In this document: positions 25,451 through 39,645 of the stretch, one piece after another
Layout: every line of letters begins with the position of its first letter
Position numbering within the stretch: position 1 is the stretch's first letter
Assembly (NCBI GenBank): GCA_973895155.1
Contig: OZ316891.1
Coordinates: 27,565,561 to 27,629,560, forward strand
From: Marsupella aquatica
Taxonomy: Eukaryota; Plantae; Marchantiophyta
Direction of reading: 5' to 3'
DNA: 64,000 bases
Notes under the pieces: model-generated
Seen by the model: the letters and a program-made list of their open reading frames with translations, nothing else
What the model was told of the DNA's origin: nothing
The model's database searches: none
Position numbers and translations under genes: made by a program

Positions 25451-27811
25451 TTTTCAGGGATCAAATAAGCCTTGATTGGGAAATAAACACGTAATATGCA
25501 GGTTCAAATTGCAATAACTTATTAGGCCCGAAACCTTGAAACTTCCTCAACAAGCTCTCATACACTGACAGTGACAGGTCTAGTGTCTCAGGAGCTATTG
25601 GAAATCACATTAGTCTGTCAAAGATAGCTTAATATACACCAAACATATCACAACATTCCTAAATTTAAGAGTCTGTTGTCCGGATTTACTAACGCGAAGA
25701 ATGGTACCAGAGAGATGCACACGATTAGAGGCTTCCTTGAATGCTAAGCAGTCAGAAGAAACGCCTTCATCTTCCACAAGTACGTCCAATGCCTTATGAC
25801 TCTCACATTACGAAAGGAAATGAAGTGAAATTCAGTCATTTGCGTTGCGCCATCGCTGGTTGGCTCACAAGATTTTGATCCTGACCTGAATCTTCATGAC
25901 CTTCAAGACTATGTAGATTTTGATCCTGAGAACTGACTGCATTTCGATGATTGTTGAGATGACCAACTACCCTGCCAATCTAAGAATCTCGACTTCAATA
26001 TACGGTCTTCATCTCCAAGCACAAAACGTACACATGGACCTACCAACCCTTGTCCCAAATTACACTTAAATAGAAGGAGTCTACGGAGACCACGGGTCAG
26101 TTGTGGTCCACCACGGTTTGAATTGTTAAATGTGTAGCTGTTTGCTTTCTATCCCAAATCGAGATTGACGGCCCAGAATATTCCACGTCAGTTGAGCTGC
26201 CCATCGCGAGCTTCAACAACCGCTCAATAACCCAAAAAGTTGAGTAGGGGATGATGACATTTGTATGATTCTCCGTACTGATTATTTAATTTTGGTACCG
26301 ACAGCTCAGGATCGTAGGCGGTGCAATCGAGCTCCCGAATAGCGTATTGGGCCGCTAAAAGCATGAGGCGATTAAAGCGCGCATATAATGATTTGAACTG
26401 AGCGTGGAGACTGGAGAGTGGTGAACCCAGCAGCTGCCACTACTCCCGTACCGACGTTGCGAATTTCAATGGCTGCCACATGCCCGCACCGTTGTGACTT
26501 GTGAGTTGTCCAATTCCTTCCGGTGATTTGCTTTGTGTCCCTGTCTCAGTGTCTTGTCTCGTCGTCGTGATTTCGGCCCTCTACATTTATATCTTCCCGT
26601 ACTATCCTTGGGATTCGGTCATTGAGCTTCTGACCGATTGTAATTACCAGTAATTCCCCCATCTGCCTCTCTGGTATTGATTGGGGGCGTTGTGTGGGGG
26701 CAGGGAAAGTCGGATCTCTGGCGTAGTGGAAGTCCCTGTGATGATGGGAGACTGGGCTGGAGGTGGGAGAAGAAATTGCATGTTGGGCACTTATCTATCT
26801 TGAAGGGACGAAGGTTGATAGCTGAGAGGTGGGAGGCTGGCAGATGGCAAGAAGCTGCTGATTCAGTAGTGGAGAGCGTGAGACTACAGGAGAATTGCAG
26901 GAAACTAGTACCACGGACGCGTGGGTCTCCCTAGCTTCCTTCGGAAATTCACACTTAGAACACGTACGTCAACAATGATCTAATTACTTTGAAGCGGAAC
27001 CCAAGTGTGGCTCTGTCCAGGGATCAACGCTTCTCACATCTCGCTCTTGTCCCAATAATAATTACTAGCTGGGCTGAATGATACTCCAGGTCTCAAGCGT
27101 TGATGTGAATTGAATTGTCTTTCGTCTCCTGTTATTGTTTAGCGTCGATCAACTTTCAAATCTGTCGATTCAGCTTCGGCAACAACCAGCCTGCAGTTTG
27201 CCTCGAAGGATTGATTCCTGGTTTTGGTCTCGTCTAGTGCACTGTATCGCACATAACTTAACCGATTCCTTGTTACAATTCGTTCCTCCTTGCGGATGAC
27301 CGGGTGGATGTCGGCAGATTGGATGACAGCTAGAGGAAGTCTTCCTGGATCAGTTATCACCCGAGTTTTTCCTGACCAAAGCTCCAGCTTAAAATTAAGA
27401 TGTTGCTAGTTTCTCTCATCTCTTCCAGCCCCCCCCTCCCCTTCCCTTCTATCTTCACTCTCACTTCAAACGTTAATTATTTGGCTTTAGAGTTTTGAAT
27501 CAGCAGTGATATTGCTTGAGTAGTTGTTTATTCCCGGCTTCTGATGAGCAATCTGAGTAATTATAGAGTTGTCTTCAACGGAGCCTGAGGACAGGCATCG
27601 TACGTTACTACAGTACTGTACTGCAAAATGCTGTTGTAGTGTAGGGCATTCCTGCTGGGTGTACTTTGCTCAATTTTTCTGCTGGGTGTACTCGACTACA
27701 TTTCTGCCCCAGCTCGTGAACTGACGCGCAAATTTCTCATCTAGGTTTTCAACAGAGTTGAGGATCGCTAACAGATTCTTGAAATCAATTCTCTTCAGGT
27801 GCGGCATCGCG

Positions 27812-30516
27812 ATGGGTGCACTGGCTGACTCCTCTGCCTCGTCCACCAGCCCCAAAGTGTATGATGGCGTTCCAATTTCGCCACAATCGCCAATCATCAT
27901 CACTCCACCTTTCGCACTTGATAGACACGGAATGTACCACGGCGTAGAGGCCAAGCAGAAGGGCTTAGTATTTCAAGTGCTCGATATCTTGAAAAACACA
28001 AGGCCAGGTAACCTAGCATCATTTCAGGTACCGGTCCAGATGAATTTGCCGAAGTCCCAGTTGCAGTGCTATGGAGAGCAAGTGTTTTGCTCTACGCAGG
28101 ACCTGCTGGGTCCTTGTGCAGATGGGGCGACGCCCCTGGATAGATTTCTGGCTGTCGTAAGATGGCATATCTCTCTCGTTCGGCCGGTTCCTTTCTCCAA
28201 GGCTCCTTATAATCCGATTCTTGGAGAAACACATCATGTGACAGCCGGCGACTTGAATCTAATCACTGAACAGGTGCCCCGCCTCTTCGTTCTATTTGCC
28301 GTATTGATTCTCTTGTCCCCAGGAAAGTAGATGCAATTGCATAGGCAGCAATCGCTCTTTCACTGTTGAGTCCACGAAATATGGACACTCTCGCAGAATT
28401 TAGTTTGATTAGGATTACACAGAGATGTGGTCACCCAGGCCCTGAGTTTTCAAACCTGTACAGTGACGGATAGGGTTTTCTTGAATTTCCTGCTCAGGAA
28501 GTTGTGATTGATACAATAGAAACCTCCTTTACCAGCTAGCAGGTCGAACTCTTCCGCTCTGGTCAAATCTCAACTACAGTAATTGCACCAGACAACAGAG
28601 CCAAGTTCACTGCTGATGACGTTTTAACAAATGTTTGCAGGTGTCCCACCATCCACCTGTGAGTGCACTGTATGCAACGAATTCGAAAAAGAAGATGGAA
28701 ATTTTTCAATGGAACTTCTCTCAACCAAAATTCTATGGTAACAGCATTCTGTCACATCTTGAGACCCTAATCTGCAGGCCCGCCTCTTGGGTAACTTAGC
28801 ATAACTGGCAACTTTCCTCACACTTCGGATGCTTGCTTTGCCTGACATTCTTGTCGAAGAAGTTGCAGTAGGGGAAGCTCCAAGTTAATCACCGTCTGAT
28901 GATTAAAATTAAAAAATTAAAAATTAAAAAATTAAAATTAAAAAATCCTTCGTCTGATTATTGTCAGCAAGCATGTGTCACTGTTGAGTAAATCACGATT
29001 GAGATCTGCGTTCAATCAGTTTTCGGCTGACGCGGGGCTAGTTATATCCTTAATCCACATTTGGCTTTCCTCTCGCATGCGAAGACTTGTAGGACATTCA
29101 CGTTCTAAATATTAACTCTTCAAATTTCACTGTTCAGTTGATACAAAGCATAAGATCCACGCACAGGGTTTGTCGAGTTGGTGGAGAACCTTTTAATATA
29201 ACCATGTTGTTTACGAACGGTTGTTGGCCCTGCATGTGGAAGTTCTTATTGAAGATTTCATCTGAGATCAACATTTCTGATTTACGTTTCAGGGAACTCG
29301 GTGGCAGTGGGAGTGGGAGGTCGGAGAACATTAAAGCTATTAGAGCATGGTGAAACATATGAAACAACTTCCCCGGCTCTCACCTTCCAATTTTGGCCGG
29401 GCTTCTTATCTGAATGGACAGGAGACACAGTTGTGAAGTGTGCCCAAACGGGTCTAGAGGCGGTTGTTACCTTCAAGTCGAAATATTTTTTCTCGAAGAA
29501 AGGCAATCAAGTATCTGGAAAGATTTTTAGAACATCGTCTCGACAAAATCTCTACACTTTGAGTGGCAGCTGGGATGAGTGAGTTCTCTTTCCATTTATG
29601 ACCCTATCCTGGCTTTCCCTCATGACTTTCGTTGAGACTTGCTCGCGCAATACTTTCTGCCGCTAGTAGTCGGAAAGTTATTGCTTCATTGCATTTGGCT
29701 CCTACAAATACGGCCAAGCACTTGACGATATCCAACATAAATTTCAATCATCAAGATTTGGTGAGGATCAAACTGTTCATCTGTTAAGATGTTGCTCCTT
29801 TGTTCTGAGTTGTTGCTCATTCGTTGACAGGCGTGTAATGCTCGACGGCAAAGGAGGGAAGAGTTCAGTGCTATACAATGGCAAAGTAGTTTTGAGTAAC
29901 TTGAAAACGTCAGTGGTGGAGAATCCACAGGTGCTGGTCCTAAATATTCATCCGTGTAACGAAATTCTGTGACTTTTTGTATTATTGAGCCTGAGAAGGC
30001 TGATATGACGTGATCGGACGCCAGTGATAGTGACGTTGTTCTGATTTGGATGGACAGAGAAATCCTAAAATTTATTGATGAACCCAGTCCCCTTCTTTTA
30101 GTGCTGAATCACCAGTGGTAGCAAATTAACAGGTCGTGAACCTTAATAATTCAAAGTTGGGTCAGGAAAGCTCTCCTGAGCTCTACTATCTGCGATTGTG
30201 AGGTTTATATTTTGACGTTTACAAACTCATTGTTTCTGAAATGCTAACCATGTTTGAGTATGAGCAGGCACTATCTCCAACGGAGTCCGTAGTAGTCTGG
30301 AGTAAAGTAACGAAAGGAGTTTGGAATCAGGATTGGGAATCATCTCGGGCAGCAAAGACCAGTGTTGAAGAGGAGCAGAGAGCTTTGAGAAAACAGAGAA
30401 CAAAAGGTGGTGAAACTTGGAAACCCAAGTACTTCAATAAGACAGCAGATAACGGATGGGAGTGGACTCTCAAGGGCCAACCAGTTCCTAGAGGGCCCAT
30501 CTTATGGCAAAAGTGA
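27812..30516 (+). CDS. ORP4: Oxysterol-binding protein-related protein, ORP4-type; exons 27812-28273, 28641-28737, 29293-29578, 29831-29930, 30268-30516
   Basis: KAPYNPILGETH, OSBP signature EQ|VSHHPPVSA across intron 1, L.GSWD, ES..VW..V, K..VEEEQRALR..WKPKYF; all introns GT-AG and phase-consistent. Confidence 0.93.
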
Positions 30517-31149
30517 GAAGGCAGCCCATTCAATCACAGCAGAGGCTTCTTTTGAGGCTTTCCAAACAATTCCACTACAGATTTCTGCCACAACTGTGCT
30601 TCTTATCCAAGGATTTGCTCCGCTCAGTCAGTGTGGATAGAAGAAATCGATATTTAATATAAATTTAGAATATTAAGCTGTTTTGCTTGTGGCTCTCCAA
30701 GAAGCAACAGATTGCATACTTGTGACAAATCTGTATGGGTCCTTTCTCCAACAGACTTGTAACGCAGGTTGCCATCTCTGTGCTGGCAGCGTAAATACTA
30801 GATCTCGCCACCTGAGTAGGTCACCAAACTTCGATGACAATCCTGTAGCAATTCCCGCTCTCCCCTTTTGCCCTGACTCTCCCTCCTCATGCTCCCCCAC
30901 TCAACCCTAAAACCCTGCCTCGATGACCTACCCGATCCCCGCCCTTGCCTGGACTTGGTCTTGCCCTTGCCTGGACTCAGTCTCGCCCTTGGACTCTGTC
31001 TTGCGTTTTGGACTCGGACTCATGCCAAGACCAAGAACCGGGTTCCTACTGGGTTTTTTTTTGTCCTCGTGCATGGAGGCCGGCCTGACAAAATACAACA
31101 ATCCTCTGCCCTAACTGATCTCCATAATTATTGGAGTTTTTCTTATTTT

Positions 31150-34100
31150 ATTTGACAACACCTTTTACTAAGAATGTCTCATTACTTATCTACATATTTC
31201 AATTGGCGTAACCACATCTTTGACATAATGTCATAATGTCATCTTTTTAATACTTAACAACATCTTTTATGTCACCGTATTTTACCTATTAACAACATCT
31301 TTTACATCATGATATCTTTTACATAATGATATTTTTTTGAAAGACATCTCTGATGCTACTACATATGTTTACTTAACAACATCTTTTATGGAAAAGTATA
31401 CACACAGGCATTGAGCTATTAACTTCTATAATATAAGGTTGCGCCTTTTTTGCCATCTTTTTTGTTGTGGTTGTCATTCAAATTTGCAGGGCACAAAAAA
31501 TAAGAAAATTTGGTAGAAGGAAGAAATATAAATAAATAAATTTTAGTTTAGTATGAATAAAAAAGAGTCACGCCAATGTCCAAGTAGGAGAAATCAAATG
31601 GGGTGTCATTAACACAATGCACAACATGAAAGATAAGGAGAAAATATTGTACATACTCAATAAGATGAAGATACTCAATAGAGTGAGATAGTGCATAATT
31701 TAGTGTAATATTGATACGAGTTCCTTGGAATTATATTGGTAGGAGTTAAATTTCAGATACTATTTTAGTCAATAAGGAATTGCATACACTAATTAAATAA
31801 AACAATAATTCTCCCAATATTTAGGATGATGTTTTACATTCATTTTTTGTGCCATTTTCATTACCAAAAAATAAACAATTATAAGGTCTAAAGATATAGT
31901 AAAGATCATGGCACTGGTGTTGATGGCAAGGTGTCTGGTGAGGGGCACACTTTTACTTAACAACATCTTTTTACTTCACAATATCTTTCACATAACAAAC
32001 CATTTGGCACCACATCATCTTTTTATTCATGACATCTTTCACATAACAACATCTTTGACAAAACGACTTCTTTTTTGTTAGTTATGCCAAATGATTTTTT
32101 ACTTGATGACAACTATTTACTTGATGACAACTTTTTACTTGACGACATGTTTGGCAAAATAACTTTCTTTTTTTTAACTGCGTCTTTTACTTGACAACGG
32201 GCTTGACAACATAACTACATCTTTGAACTGGCAAAACAACTTCATTGTTCTTAACAACATGGTTTTACTCCACGATATCTTGGGTGACACAATATTTTTT
32301 GTGCAACGTACAGGTATTGAGCTATTTTGTACTTAACAACATTGTTATACTTAACAAAACCTTTGGCATAACGCGTTACGACATCATTGGCAACACTATC
32401 TCTATTTTTTCCACAACCTCTTGGCCGAGATGAAATCTTTCTTTTCAACAATCTCTTGGCCGACACGACATCTTTTGTTCTCATCGATCAACTTCTTGGC
32501 CAACACGACATCTTTTGTTCTCACCGACATCTTTTGTTTTCAACAACATCTTGGGCAACACGACATCTTTCTTCTCAATGACCTCTTGGCTGACACGTCA
32601 TCTTTCTTCTCAACAACCTCTTCGCCGACACAACATCTTTTGTTCTCAAAAATATTTTGGCCGTCACAACATCTTTTGTGCAACGCACGGGTATTGAGCT
32701 AGTTGAGAATACTTTCATAACAACACTACCAACCAGGATACTTTCATATTAACAACATTGACCAGCATCAAGAACTATAATACAAGGTTGTACCTTTTTA
32801 TGCAGTGGTAGTCATTTGAATTTGAAGGGCACACAAATCAAAGAATCTGACAAACAGAAAGAATAAACCAAAATTGAATAATGTTTAGTGTGAAGTAAAG
32901 AGTGCACCTTTTCCAATCAAGAAATAAGGGGGAATGCCAGGAATACCAATGCACAATAATCAAGTACTTTCTGGACATATAAGTAAGTATAGTACTATCA
33001 ATGCATAGGAAACCATCCATGCATAGACATAGTACTTTCCATACCTAGACATTCATATCAAGTACCCACATGATAATCTATGTCAATTACAAATTAACTC
33101 CTATAATACACACTTGCGCCACTTTTTGAAGTGGTCTCTCATTCAAAATTTACATTTCCAAGCCAAGTGAAAGAAATCAAATATGCAAAGCAAAGCTAAG
33201 AGAACAAATAAAAATAAACCCACAGCAAAATATGAAGGGAACAGAATACTTCTTGATATTCCTCATCACTTTAGCAGGTAAAGTACTTCCTTTTGATGTC
33301 ATCATAGTATTCAAAACTACACTCTTTTATCTAATCCCTCCCAGGCCATTGTCTTATTTGTATTGACCCTGCCTCAATGTACACCTGATGTACATGCAAT
33401 GCAAGGAAAGTGTATACACCCATTCACCTTGGTACTCATATGAATGAAATCATTTTATAAAAACAAATATACTTGGCAAAATTCAATATATATATATATA
33501 TATATATATTTGGATGAGATAACAAGGAGTTGGGGGCCAAACCACTCTTGGCTGGGGTGACAGGGTTTTGGGACACATATATAAAGGGACAACCACATTT
33601 GACAACATCAAAAACTATAATAAGATATTGTGCCTTTTTTTGGCCATGGTTGTCATTTGAATTTACAGGGCCAATTGGGTGTAGGAAATTCAGTATGGAA
33701 AAAAACCAAAGCAATAGAGACCAAAAATGGCCCTCACACCAGCTCCTGAGGTCAACTTCCATCTGATTGCGGCGACAGCACCGAGCGAAGGCAAGTAAAA
33801 TGTTGTGCAGCCAGCCTCTACTATGAGTGGGGCGACCACCCTACCGCCTTGCTCCGCACGCCGACCGTAGACTGCCGCATTCTTGCGGTCAACCTCCCAC
33901 CACCCTCCTTCCCCAACCCGATTACCCGGGATGGCCCTGCCTCGCCCCACTCTCCCCCTCTTCCCTTCTCCCCTGCCCGACTCTTTTTAACTACATATTT
34001 TTACTTGACATCCTCTTAACGATATCTGTCACATTACAACTTCTTTGTTTTAATGACATCTTCTTACTTGATGACATCGTTTACATAAAGACTTCTTTGG

Positions 34101-34274
34101 TGACACAACTTCTTTTTTTAATGACATCTTTTACATAACAACATCATTGGCAACACAACCCTGGGCACGACCTCTATTTTCTTAACGACATCTTGGGCCG
34201 ACACGACATCTTTTGTCTTAAGGACATCTTGGTCGACATGACATCTTTTGTGCAACGCACGAATATTGAGCTAG
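31150..34274 (+). mobile_element. Cluster of Helitron-like non-autonomous units, partly head-to-tail
   Basis: 3' ends GTGCAACGCAC hairpin..gagCTAG|T at 32678-32702 and 34250-34274, degenerate ends near 31418 and 32325; 5' heads ctataata..aggttg at ~31425, ~32773, ~33614; internal acatctttt ladder. Confidence 0.75.
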
Positions 34275-35799
34275 TGCGTTATAATTACTTATTAGAGTGT
34301 TTATACTTCACTACTGTGTATATCATAAAGCCTTGTTAATAGGGCATTCTGTATCATATGCCCTAATCAATGAAAGTTTTGGAGTGGGTTTGGAGGCCAT
34401 TATTGGCCATAATGGTTTTGCTAATAGGACTTTAGTACACTTCAAGGTAAAAGTGATTTAACATTTTATTAATCTACTATTATAATATCATCTTCCCCCA
34501 AAAATGTCCATCATCTATTTTCACAAAATGAGAAAAAAAGTGGGAACTAGTCCTTAGCCCTTTATCAAAGAATTGTTTTTTTTTCCCTGGCACAGGTAGA
34601 TCCATGCATACCCTCTTTAGTCTCAATTGCCTATGCCCGAGCTACCCTTACCCTGTCCAAGATGAAGACATTATTTTTAAAATTGAATATTTAATTTGAA
34701 AATTTTGAATAAACTTTGAGTACAAAGAAAATTTTCAAATATTTAATTCTTCACAAATTTAGAATTAAGACAAAGGAGAAAAAATGAAACAGAAAATATT
34801 TCCTCTTGCTGTGTTTGCACTTTGCGACATGGTGCTTCCCTTCCTCACTTATATTTTCCTTACCTCTCCTTAAGCATATTTTCCTCTACTCGACATCTTT
34901 GACTCGCCTGGACATCTTTGCCTCATCTTGACCTCGAAATTTTCCTTGACATTTTTCTTTACCTTGACATTTTTGTTTCACCTTGACAGCTTTGCCTCCC
35001 GTTGACATAATCTTTGCAATATGTAGGCATTGGGCTCGTTTTAAGATAATCAGAGGAGAATTTTGGAGCTGATCCAAATCTTGAGTGTAAATTATTCTTT
35101 AACAATGCCTCCCAAGAGCCCAGAGGGGCCCGGTGTGGTAAGTCACTTGAATGGAGACTAATATGTCTTGGATTCAAACATTCTGACTGACTATTTTTTT
35201 TGTGAGGTTTCACAAATTTCCCCTTAATATTATTTTTATTTAAACAATGCCTCAACAAAGAGCCACAAAGGAAATTGAAAGACAATTAGTCTACATAACT
35301 GAACTCCAAACCCCTCCCGACTCCCGTCGATAGGCCCCATAATCATAAGCCCTGGCAACCATAATTATCATGTCACCTGGCCGCCAAATAATTATAAGGA
35401 AAAGCTTTTATACGGTAGAGAATTAGAGATTCCCCTGAAATCATCACACCACATAAAACAGCCAGATCAAAGTGCCCCAAAAGAGGAATTGCAGGATGTA
35501 GCAAGTTTGAATCCTCTCCATATGGCAGTATTGTCACACGCTCTAATCAGACATTGCATCAAGGCCACCAGAAACTCTTACCCAGACTAGTTTCCTACTT
35601 TCTCTTCTCTTCTCTTCTCTTCTCAACCAACCACTTTTCTCTTTTTATTCCTCATTTTTTAGGTGTACACTTGCTTTCATTTTTCTGGGTTAGGTGTTTG
35701 TTCCCTTTGCAACTCTTTTTCCTTCCTTTCATTGAACTTTGTTTTTCCCTGATTTATAAATTCTGATGCGCCTTTTTCCTTTTTCTCAACCTATTGTAT

Positions 35800-37000
35800 T
35801 AACTTATTGGCAGGGTCATTTTTAAAGTTAGTTTCTATTTTGTCAGGGTAGAGAATATCATATTGTGTAAAGGGGAACGTGCATATACTTTCGTCATGTT
35901 TTACCATTAGATTTTCCTAGATTTAGAGATATTGATAAGATTCTGGCTAATGATATGAGTGGCAGGTGGCAAAGTGAGTAATTATAGAAGGCAAAAAACC
36001 TAGCCAGATTTTCCAAAAGCTACCAAGACGTTCCTTTCCCAGATAATGATGAAGTTTAGCTAATATTGCCACTAAAGAGCATGTTGACTCTTATCCATAC
36101 TGTTTTCCAACTTTCCGGTATCTTCTCAACCAACCGAACTAACTTGTTGGGATGATCATTTTAAAGGTTTTTCCTTTTGTGCCAAGCCAGGTGGCTAATG
36201 TCACCTTGTGTGGTGGAGATAGTGGGTGAAATGCTCCTCATATACTTTTCATAGATTAACGTAGACTGTTTAGATCTCCTAGCGTTAAGGATATTGGCAG
36301 AATTCTGGCTAGTGGGGTCTGTGGCCAGGTGGGAAACAGAGTATAGAAGACAACAAAACTAGCCAGTTTTTGCCCAAATTGGCCAAGACTTTTATAGAGA
36401 TATGATCTAACTAATTTCCCATAAGAAAACACGCCCACTCTTACCCAGAATGTTTTCAACTTTATGCTCCCTGAAAAATGACTTATTGGTAGGCCATTTT
36501 TGAGGTTTTTGTTTTGTTTTGCCAAGGTTGCTAATGCCATCTTGTGTAAAGTAGATGGTAAGCAGACTATTCCTTGTATAATTTTCCTAGATCAATTTTG
36601 ACCTTTACATGTTCTCATATATCAAGCTATCTCTCAGTGGGTGGGTAGTGGGGTCTTTGAGTGGGTAAGAAACTCGCAAGAAGACACAACTTAGTGAGTT
36701 TTTCCCACAACTTTTTAGAGTGCTGTAATGCAGCTAATTTTCGCCACTTAAAAAAAAATTGACTCTCTACCCAGACTATTCTCCTACTTTCTGTCCACTT
36801 ATGAACCAGCTATAACTAACTTATTGGCAAGACACTCTCAAAGGTTTTTTCTTCCCTTTATCGCAGGGTGGCCAATGTCACCTTGTAAAGGAGAAGATGT
36901 GCAGAATCTACTTAGATAATCTTCCTAGGTTAAATTTGACCTCTAGACATTCCTGGATTTAAGAATAACCGTCAAATTCTAGTTGATGGGGTATATGGCT
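35800..37000. repeat. Old degenerate tandem array, ~340-bp period, about 4 units
   Basis: aactt(a/g)ttgg..aggttttt..aat(g/a)(t/c)ca..ttgt recurs at ~35801, 36141, 36480 and 36818. Confidence 0.7.
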
Positions 37001-38865
37001 AACTGAATACAAACATGCCAAAAGTTTAGCCAAAAGGTTTCAACCAGGTGGAATTTGGCCAACCCTGTCAGTACAAAAGGTTGCTTATTGGTCATAAAGG
37101 AAAGTTTTCAAATGAAACCAGCGCCCCACATAGAATGATTGTTGTGTATTGATTGAATGCTCCAATTCTGAGTGGTTTCCATTCTTTATTGGGTTTTTTG
37201 TTAAGCAATGACAAAGTCAAACTGAGAATGAAAACCCCCATGGACCTCAATCGTTGACACGATACCTGTATGGATCACCGTCACCTGGATAGAAAACCAA
37301 GAAAAAACCCTTTTACACCTAGATTGATATTTTCCTTTCTCAAACGAACCCACATTTTTAGGGTAGAATAGGGACACTCTGAAGAGCCTCCCCTCCAGTC
37401 GTAAGCTTGGATGTATCTCAGTCCAAACCTTTGAGTTGGGATGAGGCCCCCAAATGCTCTCCGTGGCAAGAAAGGTTTTTTTTACTTTAGATGTATGCTA
37501 TCCTAGTCGAAATATATGTTTCAGTGGTTCTCATGCGAGCTCACAAATCCTACCAACAAGACGTTCGAGCTTACGGTATTAGTGTCACATGTTCAGATCC
37601 ATCCGGGCATGTACAGTATTCACAAGAAACTAGAATAATATCCATTTTTTCAATTAAACAATATGACTGAATTCTGACAACAAATGCTGGAAACAGCAAT
37701 TGTCTTGGGATCTGAACCAAAACGGGTCAAGAGTTCTGTACAGTCTAGATAGAGTACACTAATAATGGTGTAAAGTTCAAACTTCCCAACGTACAAAGTA
37801 CAAACCTGGGGAACAACAAAGCGATAAAACAAAGCAAAACAAAGCAGAGGCAGTCAGGCAGAGGCAGAGCAATTAATTTTAAATCAGTCATGCCACAGAC
37901 CAGAAAAAAGAGCCAAACTTGGAGACTACAGTAGATCCGAAAAGCAGGAGACCCCAATATAAGCAAAGCAATGAGAATGGACATGAGAGCGCCGTCTATG
38001 GACGCCGTGACTACAAATTGGGAGAGTAGTAGTATTGTAGTAGGATTCAGGAGTTCAGAGGACTGACAGTACTTGAGTGATGAATGTGTTTGGGTACTGT
38101 CTGTACTGTAAGTCTGCTGCTATAGCCTGCTACTGCTGCCTGTAGTCTGTAGATGATTGTACAAGTATGTCACTTGCCTATGGTTGAAACTTGAAAGCTC
38201 TACTGTAGGCCAAGTGTGTCGTCTGTTGAGACTTGAGAGCGGCTGTTCTTTCAAAGGAAGTGAACTGAATGGAAATGAATGCCGTGAACGTCCATTGTTT
38301 ATTTGTTTGAGTTCTTTATTCGGTGGTGCTGCTGCTGCTGCTGCTGGGGTGGTCGGTCAGTGGGTCGGTTGGTTGGTGGGCCGGTAAGTACTCGATCTAC
38401 CTCTCTCACTCGCCCCGCGTTGCACAGCAGGAGCTACAATCTCGAGATCTGGCCGGTTGATTTGAAGTTCTGTGGGTGCATCAGCAACTGTTGATGCTGA
38501 TGCTTGGATTTCAATTTCTGTCTCTTGAAATGTTGTGGAATTCGTCTTGGATTTCGTTGATGGGAGGATAGATCGGTGGATCGATTGTTGAGCAAGCAAA
38601 CTGGCTTGGGTGAGTTTGTTTTGGGGTCGGTTGACTCGTTCAGTTTGGGTAGGCCTCTCACTGTCAAATCATTCCTTGCATTTGTCCCCTCCCTATCGGC
38701 TGGCAATCGTTGCAGAATCCCGGTCCGACTTGCAGATTGGATCGAAGAGGTGACTGTAGCTTTCGATCTCTGTTTTGCAATCTTACGAGCGAATTCGCCC
38801 TATTTACCAAATCTATCCCCTCGTTCGCTCCGCCCTGTCTCCTACCTCCCTTGCATTCAATGCCT

Positions 38866-38946
38866 TGCTCGTTTTCCTCGTGTTCTTGCAATGTCTAGCT
38901 GAGCATGCTCGTTTCCCTCGTGTTCTTGCAATGTCTAGCTAAGCAT
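38866..38946. repeat. ~40-bp tandem duplication upstream of the transporter CDS
   Basis: tgctcgttt.cctcgtgttcttgcaatgtctagct.agca x2. Confidence 0.9.
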
Positions 38947-39645
38947 ACTGTTTTAGTTTGTGATGCCCTTCTCCTTCGCTCCTTGTGCTGCCGTCAGAAG
39001 GGCTTCACCTTCTAATCCACACACCCACCCAACCATTCATTTATCCATCTCTCTGTGTGAACGTGTTGATGCCATTGGAAGACTCCTAAAAAAAGGTGTG
39101 AATGTCGGGGCGACAGGGAAAGCCGATTGAGCAAGAAGGGTCTTTCTTTCGTGTCCGGTTTTAGCAGACTGTTCAGGTCCATGTCTGCCTCAAATTTTAA
39201 GGTGGTGTACGTTTGTGATGCGGCAGCAGGTACAAAGTAGAATGATGTGACACGGGGAAATGGACAACAAGATGCAGAACAAACAGCAGGGAGGTCGTCA
39301 CGATATGAGATTGGCAAGCTGGATCGGATTGCCCTAATCATAAGCTGGACTGGATTTCTTCATACAAGGCAGGGGCAGCTAGGCAATAACAGTAGGGTGA
39401 GGCGGCTGGCAGCAGAGGTTCTTTCACGTTGGCTGGTGATGAAAGGAGTACGTTAGAGGTGTGGGATGATGGGATTCAGAAGGGGATGGAGCTGTCCAAA
39501 CCCCGATCTGACGAGCGGAGCAGGGCAGAGCAGAGCAGGGCAAACCACAACAAAGCTATGGAGAGAGAGAGAGTAGTTTGCGATTCTGGGACGCAACGAA
39601 AGTAGGAAAGAAAGAAGATGCAAGCAGGAGGGGACGTCTGCGATA

